Assembly (NCBI GenBank): GCA_050250895.1 | Contig: JBFWNU010000001.1 | Coordinates: 3,347,557-3,411,556 of the forward strand | Source of the DNA: Vulcanimicrobiota bacterium | GTDB taxonomy: Bacteria > Vulcanimicrobiota > Xenobia > Xenobiales > JADMJV01 | Direction: 5' to 3' | Length of the DNA: 64,000 nucleotides | In this document: positions 56,096-64,000 of the stretch, in pieces | How the letters are laid out: each line of letters starts with the position of its first letter | Numbering within the stretch: position 1 is the first letter of the stretch | The notes under the pieces: generated by a model | Databases searched by the model: none | Seen by the model: only the letters and a program-made list of their open reading frames with translations | Told to the model about the DNA's origin: nothing | Made by a program: the position numbers and the translations under genes

Positions 56096-56446
56096 ATGTG
56101 GACACTCAAGCAGAGGGCGATGGCCTGCTCGTTTTGCGGGCACGACGAGAAGACCGTAGCCAAGCTGATCGCCGGCCCCCCGGGTATCTTTATTTGTGGC
56201 GGCTGCGTCGGATTGTGCCAGCAGGTGCTCAGGGGCGACGCCACTCCGGATTTCTCCCGGCTCGACCAACTTTCTGAACTCGAACTGTTGGCGTCGCTCA
56301 AGGCGACCCAGGATTGCGTAGCCGCCGTCGAGGGGATGCTGGCCGAACGGGTCGCGCAACTGCGTCTGCGGGGAGTAGCCTGGCAAGAGATCGGCCAGGC
56401 TTTGGGAATTTCGCGCCAGGCCGCCTGGGAACGATTTCGAGTTTAA
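56096..56446 (+). CDS. ClpX C4-type zinc-finger protein with C-terminal HTH
   Basis: CSFCG.....VAKLIAGPPGIFICGGC; LRLRGVAWQEIGQALGISRQAAWERF. Confidence 0.9.
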   Translation: MWTLKQRAMACSFCGHDEKTVAKLIAGPPGIFICGGCVGLCQQVLRGDATPDFSRLDQLSELELLASLKATQDCVAAVEGMLAERVAQLRLRGVAWQEIGQALGISRQAAWERFRV

Positions 56447-56450
56447 CTCA

Positions 56451-56624
56451 CCTGATGCGCGATCAAACCTCGTCTTGCGACGCTATCACGCCCAACTGCT
56501 GCGTCGCGGTCACCACTGCGGTGCGCCCCTCCGGGAGCTTCGCAGCCAATACAACCTGGTATTATCCGCTCCTCGCATTTGAACGCGCTATCGCCGCAAT
56601 CCTTCGCCCCGGCTACGCATCAGG
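56451..56624. mobile_element. 174-bp MITE-like / fold-back element
   Basis: 9-bp terminal inverted repeats CCTGATGCG / CGCATCAGG; inner arms 56475-56499 and 56575-56599 match at 18 of 25 positions; central AATAC-N6-GTATT hairpin. No target-site duplication seen. Confidence 0.5.
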
Positions 56625-56667
56625 CGGCTTTAACGAACTTGTGACCGGCTGTGGTTAGCCTCATCCG

Positions 56668-57348
56668 GTGAGCAACATCGACATTCATCTCAAGATCGAC
56701 CGCCACCGGTCGGGTAACACTCGCATCCACGGCCGCGTGGGGGCCGACCAGCACGACGTCAACGTCTGGAAAGGTCCACAACCTGGCGATGCCTACATCG
56801 AGGGACGCCAGAACGGGCAGCCCACCACGCTGCGCATCAACGGTGCCTTTTCGGACAGTGGCCAGGCCATTTTCGGCCGGGTGGCCGGAGTGCCGTTCAA
56901 AGGCAACTGGGCTCAGCAAGAGAGCGACGGCGACGCCCGGCTCGACCTGAACAAAGCCAATCTGACCATCGACAATGATCCCGCTGCCGGGACCACCGAG
57001 TCAAAAGGGACCGCTGTCAAGAGCAGCGGCAAAGTGGTCAACGCCGAAGGCGACGAAGAATTGACCCTTTTGGCTGACGGCCGCCGTATCAATCTTAGCG
57101 TGGACCGACAGCCGGGCGGCAACATCGAACTGCGCGGCCGCAGTGGAGACGGAAATTTTCGTGTCACCATGCGCCGCCACGGCCGCGAAGGCGACCTTCA
57201 GGTCGACGGTAGCTTGCCCGAGAACCTGGCTTTGCTACCCGTCATGTGGGAACTCTACGGCGACGACTCGGTCGAACCGCCGGCCAAGCCCCTGACCATG
57301 GGGGCGGCGGCAACCTTGAGCGCGTTCTGGGACACGCACCTGCGTTAG
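56668..57348 (+). CDS. Hypothetical beta-strand-rich protein
   Basis: 226-aa ORF with repeated 'I.G...G' beta-hairpin-like units; GC3-rich. Confidence 0.7.
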   Translation: MSNIDIHLKIDRHRSGNTRIHGRVGADQHDVNVWKGPQPGDAYIEGRQNGQPTTLRINGAFSDSGQAIFGRVAGVPFKGNWAQQESDGDARLDLNKANLTIDNDPAAGTTESKGTAVKSSGKVVNAEGDEELTLLADGRRINLSVDRQPGGNIELRGRSGDGNFRVTMRRHGREGDLQVDGSLPENLALLPVMWELYGDDSVEPPAKPLTMGAAATLSAFWDTHLR

Positions 57349-58862
57349 CGCGGCGGGGGAGTGCCCACCAGCGACGGGTCCCAGAAATCGCCCGACTCAT
57401 AGATGTGGCGCACCTGGCAGTAGATGAGCAGCGATTTGCTCACCGCCTCGGAGGCGGGCGTGCCTCGCCAGCGCAGACTCTGCTCTGTTAGCCGGCGCTC
57501 GCCATCACCTCGTTTGCGTAGCCGGTCCAAGAGCTGCAAAGCTACGGTCGACACTCCGGCTTCGGGACGGCAAGCTACGACCGGAGCGGGCCGCCCCACC
57601 AGCAGGCGCGCCATGGCTTCCAGCCGGCGCCCGTAGTTGTCGGGAGCATACAGATTGTTGGCCAGCCATCGTTGCCCCTCGACCAGTTGCTCGAGTGAGA
57701 AACCAGCGGGCTTGATGTTGGTCTGCCAGGGCCAGCCGAAGGCCACCTCGCGATCCTCCAGTCGCCCCTCGCGTCGGAGCCGGGCGTAAAGCGGGGTGCC
57801 CATCGGGGCCACCAGGCTAGAAAGAGTGAAAAGTGGCACGGGCGACTCCTGGGCGAAGGCAAATTGCCGCTCGAAAATGCTGGGGTCGTCGTTGTCAAAG
57901 CCGACCATCATTCCGGCGTGGACCAGAATTCCGTGCTCGAGAAATCGGCTGATGTCGGCGATCAAATCCCTCCCGACGTTCTGTCGTTTGCCGGTTTCTC
58001 GAAGGCTCGCCTCGTTAGGCGTTTCGACTCCGATGAAGACTTCACTCAGACCGGCCGAAGCCGCCAGTTCGAGCAGTTGGGGATCGCGGGCAGCGTCGAT
58101 CGAGGCCTGAGTTGCCAGCAGCACAAAGTTGCCTCGGCGCCGATTCCAGTCGCGAACCGCCTCGAGCACCTCGCGCGCCCGGGCGCGATGCACCAGGAAA
58201 TTGTCGTCGCAGACGAAGACCCGCGAGGCCCCGGCTGCGAGCAGCCCGTCGAGTTCTTGCAAGATGTTGGCCACCGGCTTAAACCGCTGACGGCGGCCCA
58301 GATACTGAATGACATCACAGAACTCACATTGGAACGGACATCCTCGCGACGTCTGAAGAGCCCCCAGCCGGGCGCGTTTGACCAGGTCGCGGCTCCATCG
58401 CGGGATAGGACTGGTCTCTAACTCGGGTCGCGTCCCCAGATAGGTGTCCCCGGCCTGACCCCGAGCCAGATCCGAAAAGAGCCCCTCGGCGATCTCTTCG
58501 ATCTCTCCGGTCACCAGCACATCGCAATGATCGCGCACCGCTTCAGGATCGAGGGTGACCCCGGGACCCCCCATAACGACGGTTAGTCCCCGTCGGCGAT
58601 AGCTGTCGCCGAGGGCCCGCATGCGAGGCAACTGGCTCGACTTGCCGGTGATGGCCACCACCGAGCCGTCAAAGTCGAGAGAGGCGGGGGTAAGGCGCTC
58701 GTCGCACACATGCACCTCGAAGAACGGTTCGGCCATGCTGGTCAGGGTGGGCAACACCAGGTCGGCGATGGCGGCCAGGGGCGTGGCTCCCCACTCGCGG
58801 GCGCAGTCAAGCTCGAAGAACGAGGGGGGAGCGGACGGGTTGATCAGGTAAAGGCTAGGCAC
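57345..58862 (-). CDS. B12-binding radical SAM protein (putative class B methyltransferase)
   Basis: VAITG, VVMGGP, VTGEIE (cobalamin-binding domain); QTSRGCPFQCEFC (CxxxCxxC); DDNF, FIGVET, MVGFDND. Likely start GTG 58862 overlapping the FAAL stop. Confidence 0.9.
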   Translation of the reverse strand: MPSLYLINPSAPPSFFELDCAREWGATPLAAIADLVLPTLTSMAEPFFEVHVCDERLTPASLDFDGSVVAITGKSSQLPRMRALGDSYRRRGLTVVMGGPGVTLDPEAVRDHCDVLVTGEIEEIAEGLFSDLARGQAGDTYLGTRPELETSPIPRWSRDLVKRARLGALQTSRGCPFQCEFCDVIQYLGRRQRFKPVANILQELDGLLAAGASRVFVCDDNFLVHRARAREVLEAVRDWNRRRGNFVLLATQASIDAARDPQLLELAASAGLSEVFIGVETPNEASLRETGKRQNVGRDLIADISRFLEHGILVHAGMMVGFDNDDPSIFERQFAFAQESPVPLFTLSSLVAPMGTPLYARLRREGRLEDREVAFGWPWQTNIKPAGFSLEQLVEGQRWLANNLYAPDNYGRRLEAMARLLVGRPAPVVACRPEAGVSTVALQLLDRLRKRGDGERRLTEQSLRWRGTPASEAVSKSLLIYCQVRHIYESGDFWDPSLVGTPPPR

Positions 58863-61578
58863 CGAGAGTCCCCAATATCCTGAGATGGTGTTCCAGGGCC
58901 CTGGGGCGCAGAGACGCCACCACATCGGGCCAGCGAAGTTCCAGATTCAGGGCCAGGGAACGGGTCAGAAACTCGACTCGTTCGTCGACCGTTCCGTAGG
59001 CGGGCTGGGCCACTTCGACGAATTCGCCGCGGACCTGACCGGTGGGGGTAATCTGGGGATAGAAGGCCAGCAGTCGGGCCCCCGTTTCGACCGCCAGACG
59101 GGCGGCGCCCGAGCGAAACACGCGCCTTCGCCCACGAAATGCGACCACCACCCCGTCTTCACCGTCGTCCCAATCCACGGCCACCACTGCCACCCCTGCG
59201 CGGGAAAGTGCTCGTCGAGCCAGGTCCAACTGAATGAGGGACTCGGCGGTGGGATGCTGGGCGGGGTAGCCGAGTTGGCGTCGGGCCATCGTGCCCAGGC
59301 GGCCCACCGCCGCCAGGGGTCGGCCGGGGAAGGCCTCAGGGCCTAGCAGCAGGGGATTGAGCCGCGAATGGACGATGGCTAACACCGTTCCCCCTTCGGG
59401 CTCACTCCAGCCGCAGGCTGTAGTCCACTCGCTAGAGATGGCGTGGCGCCGCCATCGTGACCAGGTGTTGGCCAGCATGAAGCGGGTCAGTAGCGGGCTC
59501 CAGGGTTGCTCCACCTGGCTGACTTCGAGCAGTTGACGCAAAAGACCGAGCTCGGACCTCCACAGCCTGGTTGCCAGCCAGGGCTGGCTCAGCAGCCTGG
59601 TCAGCAGCCACGATCCCGCGGCATAAGGCAGAACCAGTCGACCCCATTGGGGTCCTCGTTCCCGCACCAGAGAAAGCCAGTTTTTGGCGGGCTTGTGTGG
59701 CCGTCCCGGGGGCGGGGCAGAAGGCGGTTGCATCGGGGGTGATTGGCCCATCACTAGAGCCACCAATCCATTCACGGTAGGTTCCTCGGCCAGGGCCTCA
59801 ACAGAAATCTCCACCGCCAATTGAGCCTCGAGACTCCAGATCAGATCCACCAGCGCGAGCGAGTCCAGGCCAACCGTCAGCAGATTAGCGTCGGCGTCCA
59901 GGGATTGACCCGTCTTGCTCTCGAGAACCCTGAGCACGTAGCGGACCAGGCTCTGGGGCGTTCGCTGGCGGGGAAGAGTGGGCTGGGTCGGGCCCCACCC
60001 CCTTAGCAGGTATGCTGCTCGGCAGGCTTGACGACGGAGTTTGCCGCTGGTGGTTACCTCGAGAAAGCCGGCTTCGACCAGGCGAACATCGGCCAGAACC
60101 AACCCGTGATGGTGCCAGATGGCGTGGCGCAAGTCGGCAGCCAGGAGCTCTTGCTGGGGGGGCGACAAAGATGACCGGCGTAGCTCGCCGATGAGCACCG
60201 CCGACTCGGTCGACTCACCGCCAGCCCGGATGCCGACCACGGCGACCCGCCGCAATCGATTTCCGCCAGCCTGCAGGGCTGTGTCTTCGAGGGGAGCGGG
60301 CGGGAAGTTGCGGCCTCCGCAGATGAGCATATCATCTTGACGTCCCACCACGTAAAGTTGACCGTTCTCGCAATAGCCGCGGTCGCCGGTGTGAAGCCAG
60401 CCGTCCTCGATGACCGCCGGTCCGTCCTCGAGATAGCCCGCCATGAGCGAGTGGGACCGGACCAGAATTTCTCCTGGTTGGCCATCCGAAACCATGCCGT
60501 GTTCTCCCCAAATGGCCACCTGGTTGCCCGGCAGGGCCGGACCGCAACTGACGACATCGTGGTCGTTCACCAGCATTCCGCCGTCGCTGATGGTCACCGC
60601 ACAAGTGGCCTCGGCCAGGCCGTAGCCGGCTCGAAAGGTCTCGGGACGAGCGCCGAAGGCTGCAAATTTTTGCCAGAAGTTGCGCATGGTTTCTGCTTGG
60701 ATCGGCTCTCCTCCATTGGCTACGATCCTCAGACTGCTCAGGTCAAGACCCGCCAGGTCCCGGGCTCGTGACCTGGTGGTGGCGTGATGATAGCCCCAGT
60801 TCGGCATGAAGATCATGCTGCCCGAGAATTCGCTGACGGCGCGAAACAGCAGCGAGGGGTTGCGCACCCACCGGGTGGGTGGCAGGGTGACCAGACGACC
60901 CCCGACTAAAAGCGGCATCAACAGATTCACCACCAGTCCAGCGTCGTGGTACCAGGGCATCCACCCTACCGCCACGTCGTCAAGGCCGAACGGAAAGGTG
61001 CGGGCCACGCAGTCGACCTGGCTCAACAGAGCGTGGGCCGAGATGAGCACGCACTTCGAGGCGCCGCTGGTGCCGCTGGTGAACTGCAAGAAGGCCGGCT
61101 CGGTGGCGGCTACCCTTCGGCCTTGAGCCTGCCGCTCGGGCAACCTGGCCGGGTCAAACTCGAGCACCGGGCAGGCTGCCTCAAGCTCGGCCCCGGGGGC
61201 GGCCACGACCGCCCGAATCGAGTATTTCTCCACCCGGGCAGCCAGGGTCGGCCCATAGACATCGGTGCGCCGGTATTGCGAGAGGTAGGGCAGGACAGCG
61301 GGAACCATCCCGGCGTAGAGGGCGCCCAGGAAGGCCAGGATCATGGCCAGGTCGTGCTCGCCCGCCAACAAGACGCGGCTGCCCGGCTCGAGACCGGCCG
61401 CCTCGAACCAGGCTGCGCTCCGGCGCACCCGTTGCAGCAACTGCCGATAGCTGACTTTTTCCTCGAGGTCTGGCTTGGGTAGTGACACCACTCCCCAGCT
61501 TCTGAGATCAGGCTCATCCCAGCGATCCAGAAGGTCGGCCAGGGGCGTGTCACAGTCGCCCCGAAGGCCGTGGGGCAT
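58855..61578 (-). CDS. Fatty acyl-AMP ligase - acyl carrier domain - LpxL/LPLAT-like acyltransferase fusion
   Basis: FLQFTSGTSG, WMPWYHDAGL, GYGLAEAT, TGDRG, GRQDD, TTSGKLRR (FAAL); GLDSL (phosphopantetheine Ser); C-terminal VAVD.....GVVVAFRG......SGAARLAVETGA (lipid A acyltransferase-like). Start ATG 61578. Confidence 0.88.
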   Translation of the reverse strand: MPHGLRGDCDTPLADLLDRWDEPDLRSWGVVSLPKPDLEEKVSYRQLLQRVRRSAAWFEAAGLEPGSRVLLAGEHDLAMILAFLGALYAGMVPAVLPYLSQYRRTDVYGPTLAARVEKYSIRAVVAAPGAELEAACPVLEFDPARLPERQAQGRRVAATEPAFLQFTSGTSGASKCVLISAHALLSQVDCVARTFPFGLDDVAVGWMPWYHDAGLVVNLLMPLLVGGRLVTLPPTRWVRNPSLLFRAVSEFSGSMIFMPNWGYHHATTRSRARDLAGLDLSSLRIVANGGEPIQAETMRNFWQKFAAFGARPETFRAGYGLAEATCAVTISDGGMLVNDHDVVSCGPALPGNQVAIWGEHGMVSDGQPGEILVRSHSLMAGYLEDGPAVIEDGWLHTGDRGYCENGQLYVVGRQDDMLICGGRNFPPAPLEDTALQAGGNRLRRVAVVGIRAGGESTESAVLIGELRRSSLSPPQQELLAADLRHAIWHHHGLVLADVRLVEAGFLEVTTSGKLRRQACRAAYLLRGWGPTQPTLPRQRTPQSLVRYVLRVLESKTGQSLDADANLLTVGLDSLALVDLIWSLEAQLAVEISVEALAEEPTVNGLVALVMGQSPPMQPPSAPPPGRPHKPAKNWLSLVRERGPQWGRLVLPYAAGSWLLTRLLSQPWLATRLWRSELGLLRQLLEVSQVEQPWSPLLTRFMLANTWSRWRRHAISSEWTTACGWSEPEGGTVLAIVHSRLNPLLLGPEAFPGRPLAAVGRLGTMARRQLGYPAQHPTAESLIQLDLARRALSRAGVAVVAVDWDDGEDGVVVAFRGRRRVFRSGAARLAVETGARLLAFYPQITPTGQVRGEFVEVAQPAYGTVDERVEFLTRSLALNLELRWPDVVASLRPRALEHHLRILGTLGA

Positions 61579-63298
61579 GCTGGATTGCCTGGTCACCGTC
61601 TCGTCACGAGATTTTCTAGTGGGTACGATGGTGATGTTGGGATCATTTGTCCGCCACCATCCGGACTTCGTCGGGGAGCTGATGGTGGTCCATGACGATC
61701 TCGACCCAGAGCAGCAAGAATGGTTGCAGCAACGGATTGGAAGGGCGGTCGGCTTCGTCCCTGCCGACCCTTCCCTGGTGGGTGCCACCGCTCTGTTGCG
61801 GCACCGATTGGCGCGATTTGAGCGACGTTATCGTCAGTTCTACTCATTGCAGGCAATTTCACTCGAGGGCTACCGAAAGGTAATCTTCTGCGACAGTGAC
61901 ACCCTTTTCCTTGCGCCCGTCCGGGACCTCTTCCAAGAGTCGTCCGAGTTGTTGGCCTGCCGGGATCGGATGACCATCCTGGGCCAACGCCGCTGCCGTA
62001 GAACCTTCGAGCCGGCTCCGCACAATGCGTTTGAAGCGACCTTCAATGCGGGTTTCATGGTATTCGATGGCAGCCGGCTCGGGGCCCCGGTCTTCGAGTC
62101 GGCTCTACGCTGGCTACGCCCAGAAATTCTGGCTGAGGTGCCGAATCACACCGATCAGTTTGTCCTGAATCATCTTTATGAGGGACGGGTCCACTGGCTC
62201 AGCAATCGATACAATTTCTTGCTGTCGGTGGCCCAAGAGCTTTTTGGCCAGGGGGGCCTCGAGGCGTCGCAGGTGCGAGTGGTTCACTTTGCCGGCAACG
62301 ACGCGACTCCCTGGACCGACTATCAAGCGACACCCCCAACTCGGGTCTTCTATGAGGCCTGGCACCAACTGGCCGACGAGCTGCTTCGGGTCGGCTTGTC
62401 GGCGTATTCCAACCCGCAAGGCCCGGGTGGGAACTACCTGGCCCACGGCCTGGTCTGGCGGTCTGAGGTGCCCCTCGAGGCGCCCCGGACCGGCAGGCCG
62501 CCTGACGTAAGAATTCGTTGGGGAGCGACGCCTGAACCTGATGCCAGTTGGAAGCGACTTCCTTATGGCTGGGCCAAACCCGACCAGTTTCTGGCCATCA
62601 CCCCTGGGGGCGGACGCCTGTGGGTCTCTCGGGGCCAAGAGATTTGTCTCGACCAGCAGTCAGAGGACCCGCAGCTATTCTGGCTCTATTTGGTGGGCCT
62701 GGCTACCGGGGCTCTGTTGCTCGAGCGGGGTGAGTTGGTCCTGCATGGAGATGCCGTGGTGCTCGACGACCGGGCCGTGGTTTTAGGCGGACCGTCAGGT
62801 TGCGGCAAGTCCACGCTGGCCTGTCAGTTGGGCGGCCGTCTGCTTTGCGACGACGTGACGGTGGTGCGCAACAGCCCCGCCGGTCTGACCGTGTTGGCGG
62901 GCCTGGGGCCGCTTAAACCTCGGCTGCTTGGCCTGGCCAAGAACGGCCATCCGGCGCAAGAGGTCTTGAGCGGCCGGCCTGCCCGAGCGGCTATCCCCAT
63001 CGAGCCGGCAGGTTCCCAGTTTCCGCTGGCGGCAGTCTATCTCCTCGACCAGCCCCCGGCCAGGATCCGGGGAGCGCGCCTGGCGGCCCTGGCCAAGACG
63101 CTGTTCTATCGGCCCGAACTGGCCGCCGCCCTGGGGCGCGCTCGGGAGAACTTCGACCACTTGCAGACTCTAGCCAGGACCCGGGTGGTGGGGCTCGAGT
63201 CCGCCGACCCGGCCGAGCAATCCAGGCGTATTCTTGCCGACCTGGAAGGAAAGATTTTCTGTCCCCCCGAGGAAGAGAGCGGCCATGGCCTGGTTTGA
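61577..63298 (+). CDS. GT8 glycosyltransferase fused to an HprK-related P-loop kinase
   Basis: GT8: FCDSD, FNAGFMVF, DQFVLN, YNF, VVHFAG. From about 62435: YLAHGLVWRSEVPL, LHGDAV, GPSGCGKST, LCDDV. Start ATG 61577. Confidence 0.85.
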   Translation: MLDCLVTVSSRDFLVGTMVMLGSFVRHHPDFVGELMVVHDDLDPEQQEWLQQRIGRAVGFVPADPSLVGATALLRHRLARFERRYRQFYSLQAISLEGYRKVIFCDSDTLFLAPVRDLFQESSELLACRDRMTILGQRRCRRTFEPAPHNAFEATFNAGFMVFDGSRLGAPVFESALRWLRPEILAEVPNHTDQFVLNHLYEGRVHWLSNRYNFLLSVAQELFGQGGLEASQVRVVHFAGNDATPWTDYQATPPTRVFYEAWHQLADELLRVGLSAYSNPQGPGGNYLAHGLVWRSEVPLEAPRTGRPPDVRIRWGATPEPDASWKRLPYGWAKPDQFLAITPGGGRLWVSRGQEICLDQQSEDPQLFWLYLVGLATGALLLERGELVLHGDAVVLDDRAVVLGGPSGCGKSTLACQLGGRLLCDDVTVVRNSPAGLTVLAGLGPLKPRLLGLAKNGHPAQEVLSGRPARAAIPIEPAGSQFPLAAVYLLDQPPARIRGARLAALAKTLFYRPELAAALGRARENFDHLQTLARTRVVGLESADPAEQSRRILADLEGKIFCPPEEESGHGLV

Positions 63299-63851
63299 CG
63301 GTCACGTGCGTGACCTGGGTGGGATTGACGAGCAACTGTTAGCACCGTTGCGCCAGCAAGTTTTGGAACGGGCCGACTTCTGGGCCGGAGCCGACCGCCT
63401 AAAGCCCAACCATTTTGCCTGTTTCGAGGGGGCGGCCGAGCATATCGTCTTTCGCTATCCCCAGAGCCCGTCCGACCACCGGCAGTCGGGCGACTTTCCG
63501 TTCTATCGCAAGTGGGCGCCTTTGATCGAACCCATCATCGAAGCCGCCACGGTCAGTTACGGGTTTGCGCGGGGACAGGCCTCGCGCATCATGCTGGCCA
63601 AACTTCGGGCCGGCGGCGAACTGGGGGTGCACGTTGACGCCGCCCCGTCGGCCGAGGTCCCGCACAAGATCCATGTCCCGCTGGTGACCAAGCCCGAAGT
63701 GGTCTTTATCGCCGAAGACGAGGCTTATCACCTGTCCGCTGGGCGGGCCTGGGAGGTCAATAATCGGGTTCTGCATGGTGGGCGCAACCCTTCGACCATC
63801 GACCGGATTCACTTGATTTTTGACTACTTTGACGCCCATGACTTGCACTGA
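63285..63851 (+). CDS. Aspartyl/asparaginyl beta-hydroxylase-domain (2OG-Fe(II)) protein
   Basis: IMLAKL..GG....HVD, KIHVPLVT, WEVNN..LH...N....RIHLIFD (HxD...H...R facial triad). Confidence 0.88.
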   Translation: MAWFDGHVRDLGGIDEQLLAPLRQQVLERADFWAGADRLKPNHFACFEGAAEHIVFRYPQSPSDHRQSGDFPFYRKWAPLIEPIIEAATVSYGFARGQASRIMLAKLRAGGELGVHVDAAPSAEVPHKIHVPLVTKPEVVFIAEDEAYHLSAGRAWEVNNRVLHGGRNPSTIDRIHLIFDYFDAHDLH

Positions 63852-64000
63852 GGCCACTCGGTTCAAAGCTTGTCCCGGCATGACCGCCTGGTTGCTCGAG
63901 CGACAGGTCAGCCTGCTGGTCACCGGCTATGCCAGCGCCCGCCTCTTTCTGGTTGGCAGCCAGCAGGGCCGATTGAGCTTCCAGGAGCGGGACTTCGTGC
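63838..64000 (+). CDS. TIGR03032 / DUF4915 family protein, N-terminal fragment
   Basis: Manual translation MTCTEATRFKACPGMTAWLLERQVSLLVTGYASARLFLVGSQQGRLSFQERDFV matches the family N-terminus as I recall it (W.....VSL..TTYQ..KLFL.G....LS.FER.F). Runs off the window. Confidence 0.65.
   Translation, partial: MTCTEATRFKACPGMTAWLLERQVSLLVTGYASARLFLVGSQQGRLSFQERDFV

Noticed and set aside
61577-64000. Lasso-peptide cluster suggested by the HprK-related kinase
   Set aside because: No precursor, lasso cyclase, B1/PqqD or B2 peptidase inside the window; cannot be excluded beyond the right edge.

Overview
A GC-rich bacterial chromosomal window with no rRNA, tRNA, CRISPR array, cas, integrase or transposase that I can recognise. 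The gene style loosely suggests a poorly characterised lineage such as Ca. Eremiobacterota/Vulcanimicrobiota; that is an inference only. From left to right: (1) an ECF sigma / zinc anti-sigma / Ser-Thr kinase operon, back to back with a vanW operon through two mirror-image GAACTT-type promoters; (2) a REP-like palindrome cluster; (3) a protein with a 35-unit PNTGAN repeat fused to a Bacillus Tgl-like transglutaminase domain; (4) a lipoprotein alpha-2-macroglobulin; (5) a ~20 kb array of five tandem ~1140-1180-aa lipoprotein genes plus a sixth relative. The five share a near-identical, mosaic N-terminal TolB-like propeller and carry variable FG-GAP propeller regions, and four of them are chained by a Shine-Dalgarno hidden in the last codons of the gene before; (6) STAS and Hpt genes and a candidate ~130-nt sRNA with a C9 loop; (7) P450 and GNAT genes opposite a Cys/His/Gly-rich peptide; (8) a kinase-AAA-GAF-GGDEF gene split by one in-frame TAA; (9) a DAG kinase / LPG-synthase-TM / PAP2 lipid operon, sodA, an SDR, a leaderless ClpX-zinc-finger regulator and a MITE-like fold-back element; (10) the start of a tailoring cluster (B12 radical SAM, FAAL-ACP-acyltransferase, GT8-HprK fusion, Asp/Asn beta-hydroxylase, TIGR03032) running off the right edge. 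Three paralogues of an 'S-x-G-x-F-T' GHKL-like family are scattered through the window; one was missed by the ORF track and one is frameshifted. All calls come from motif recognition by eye; no searches were run.
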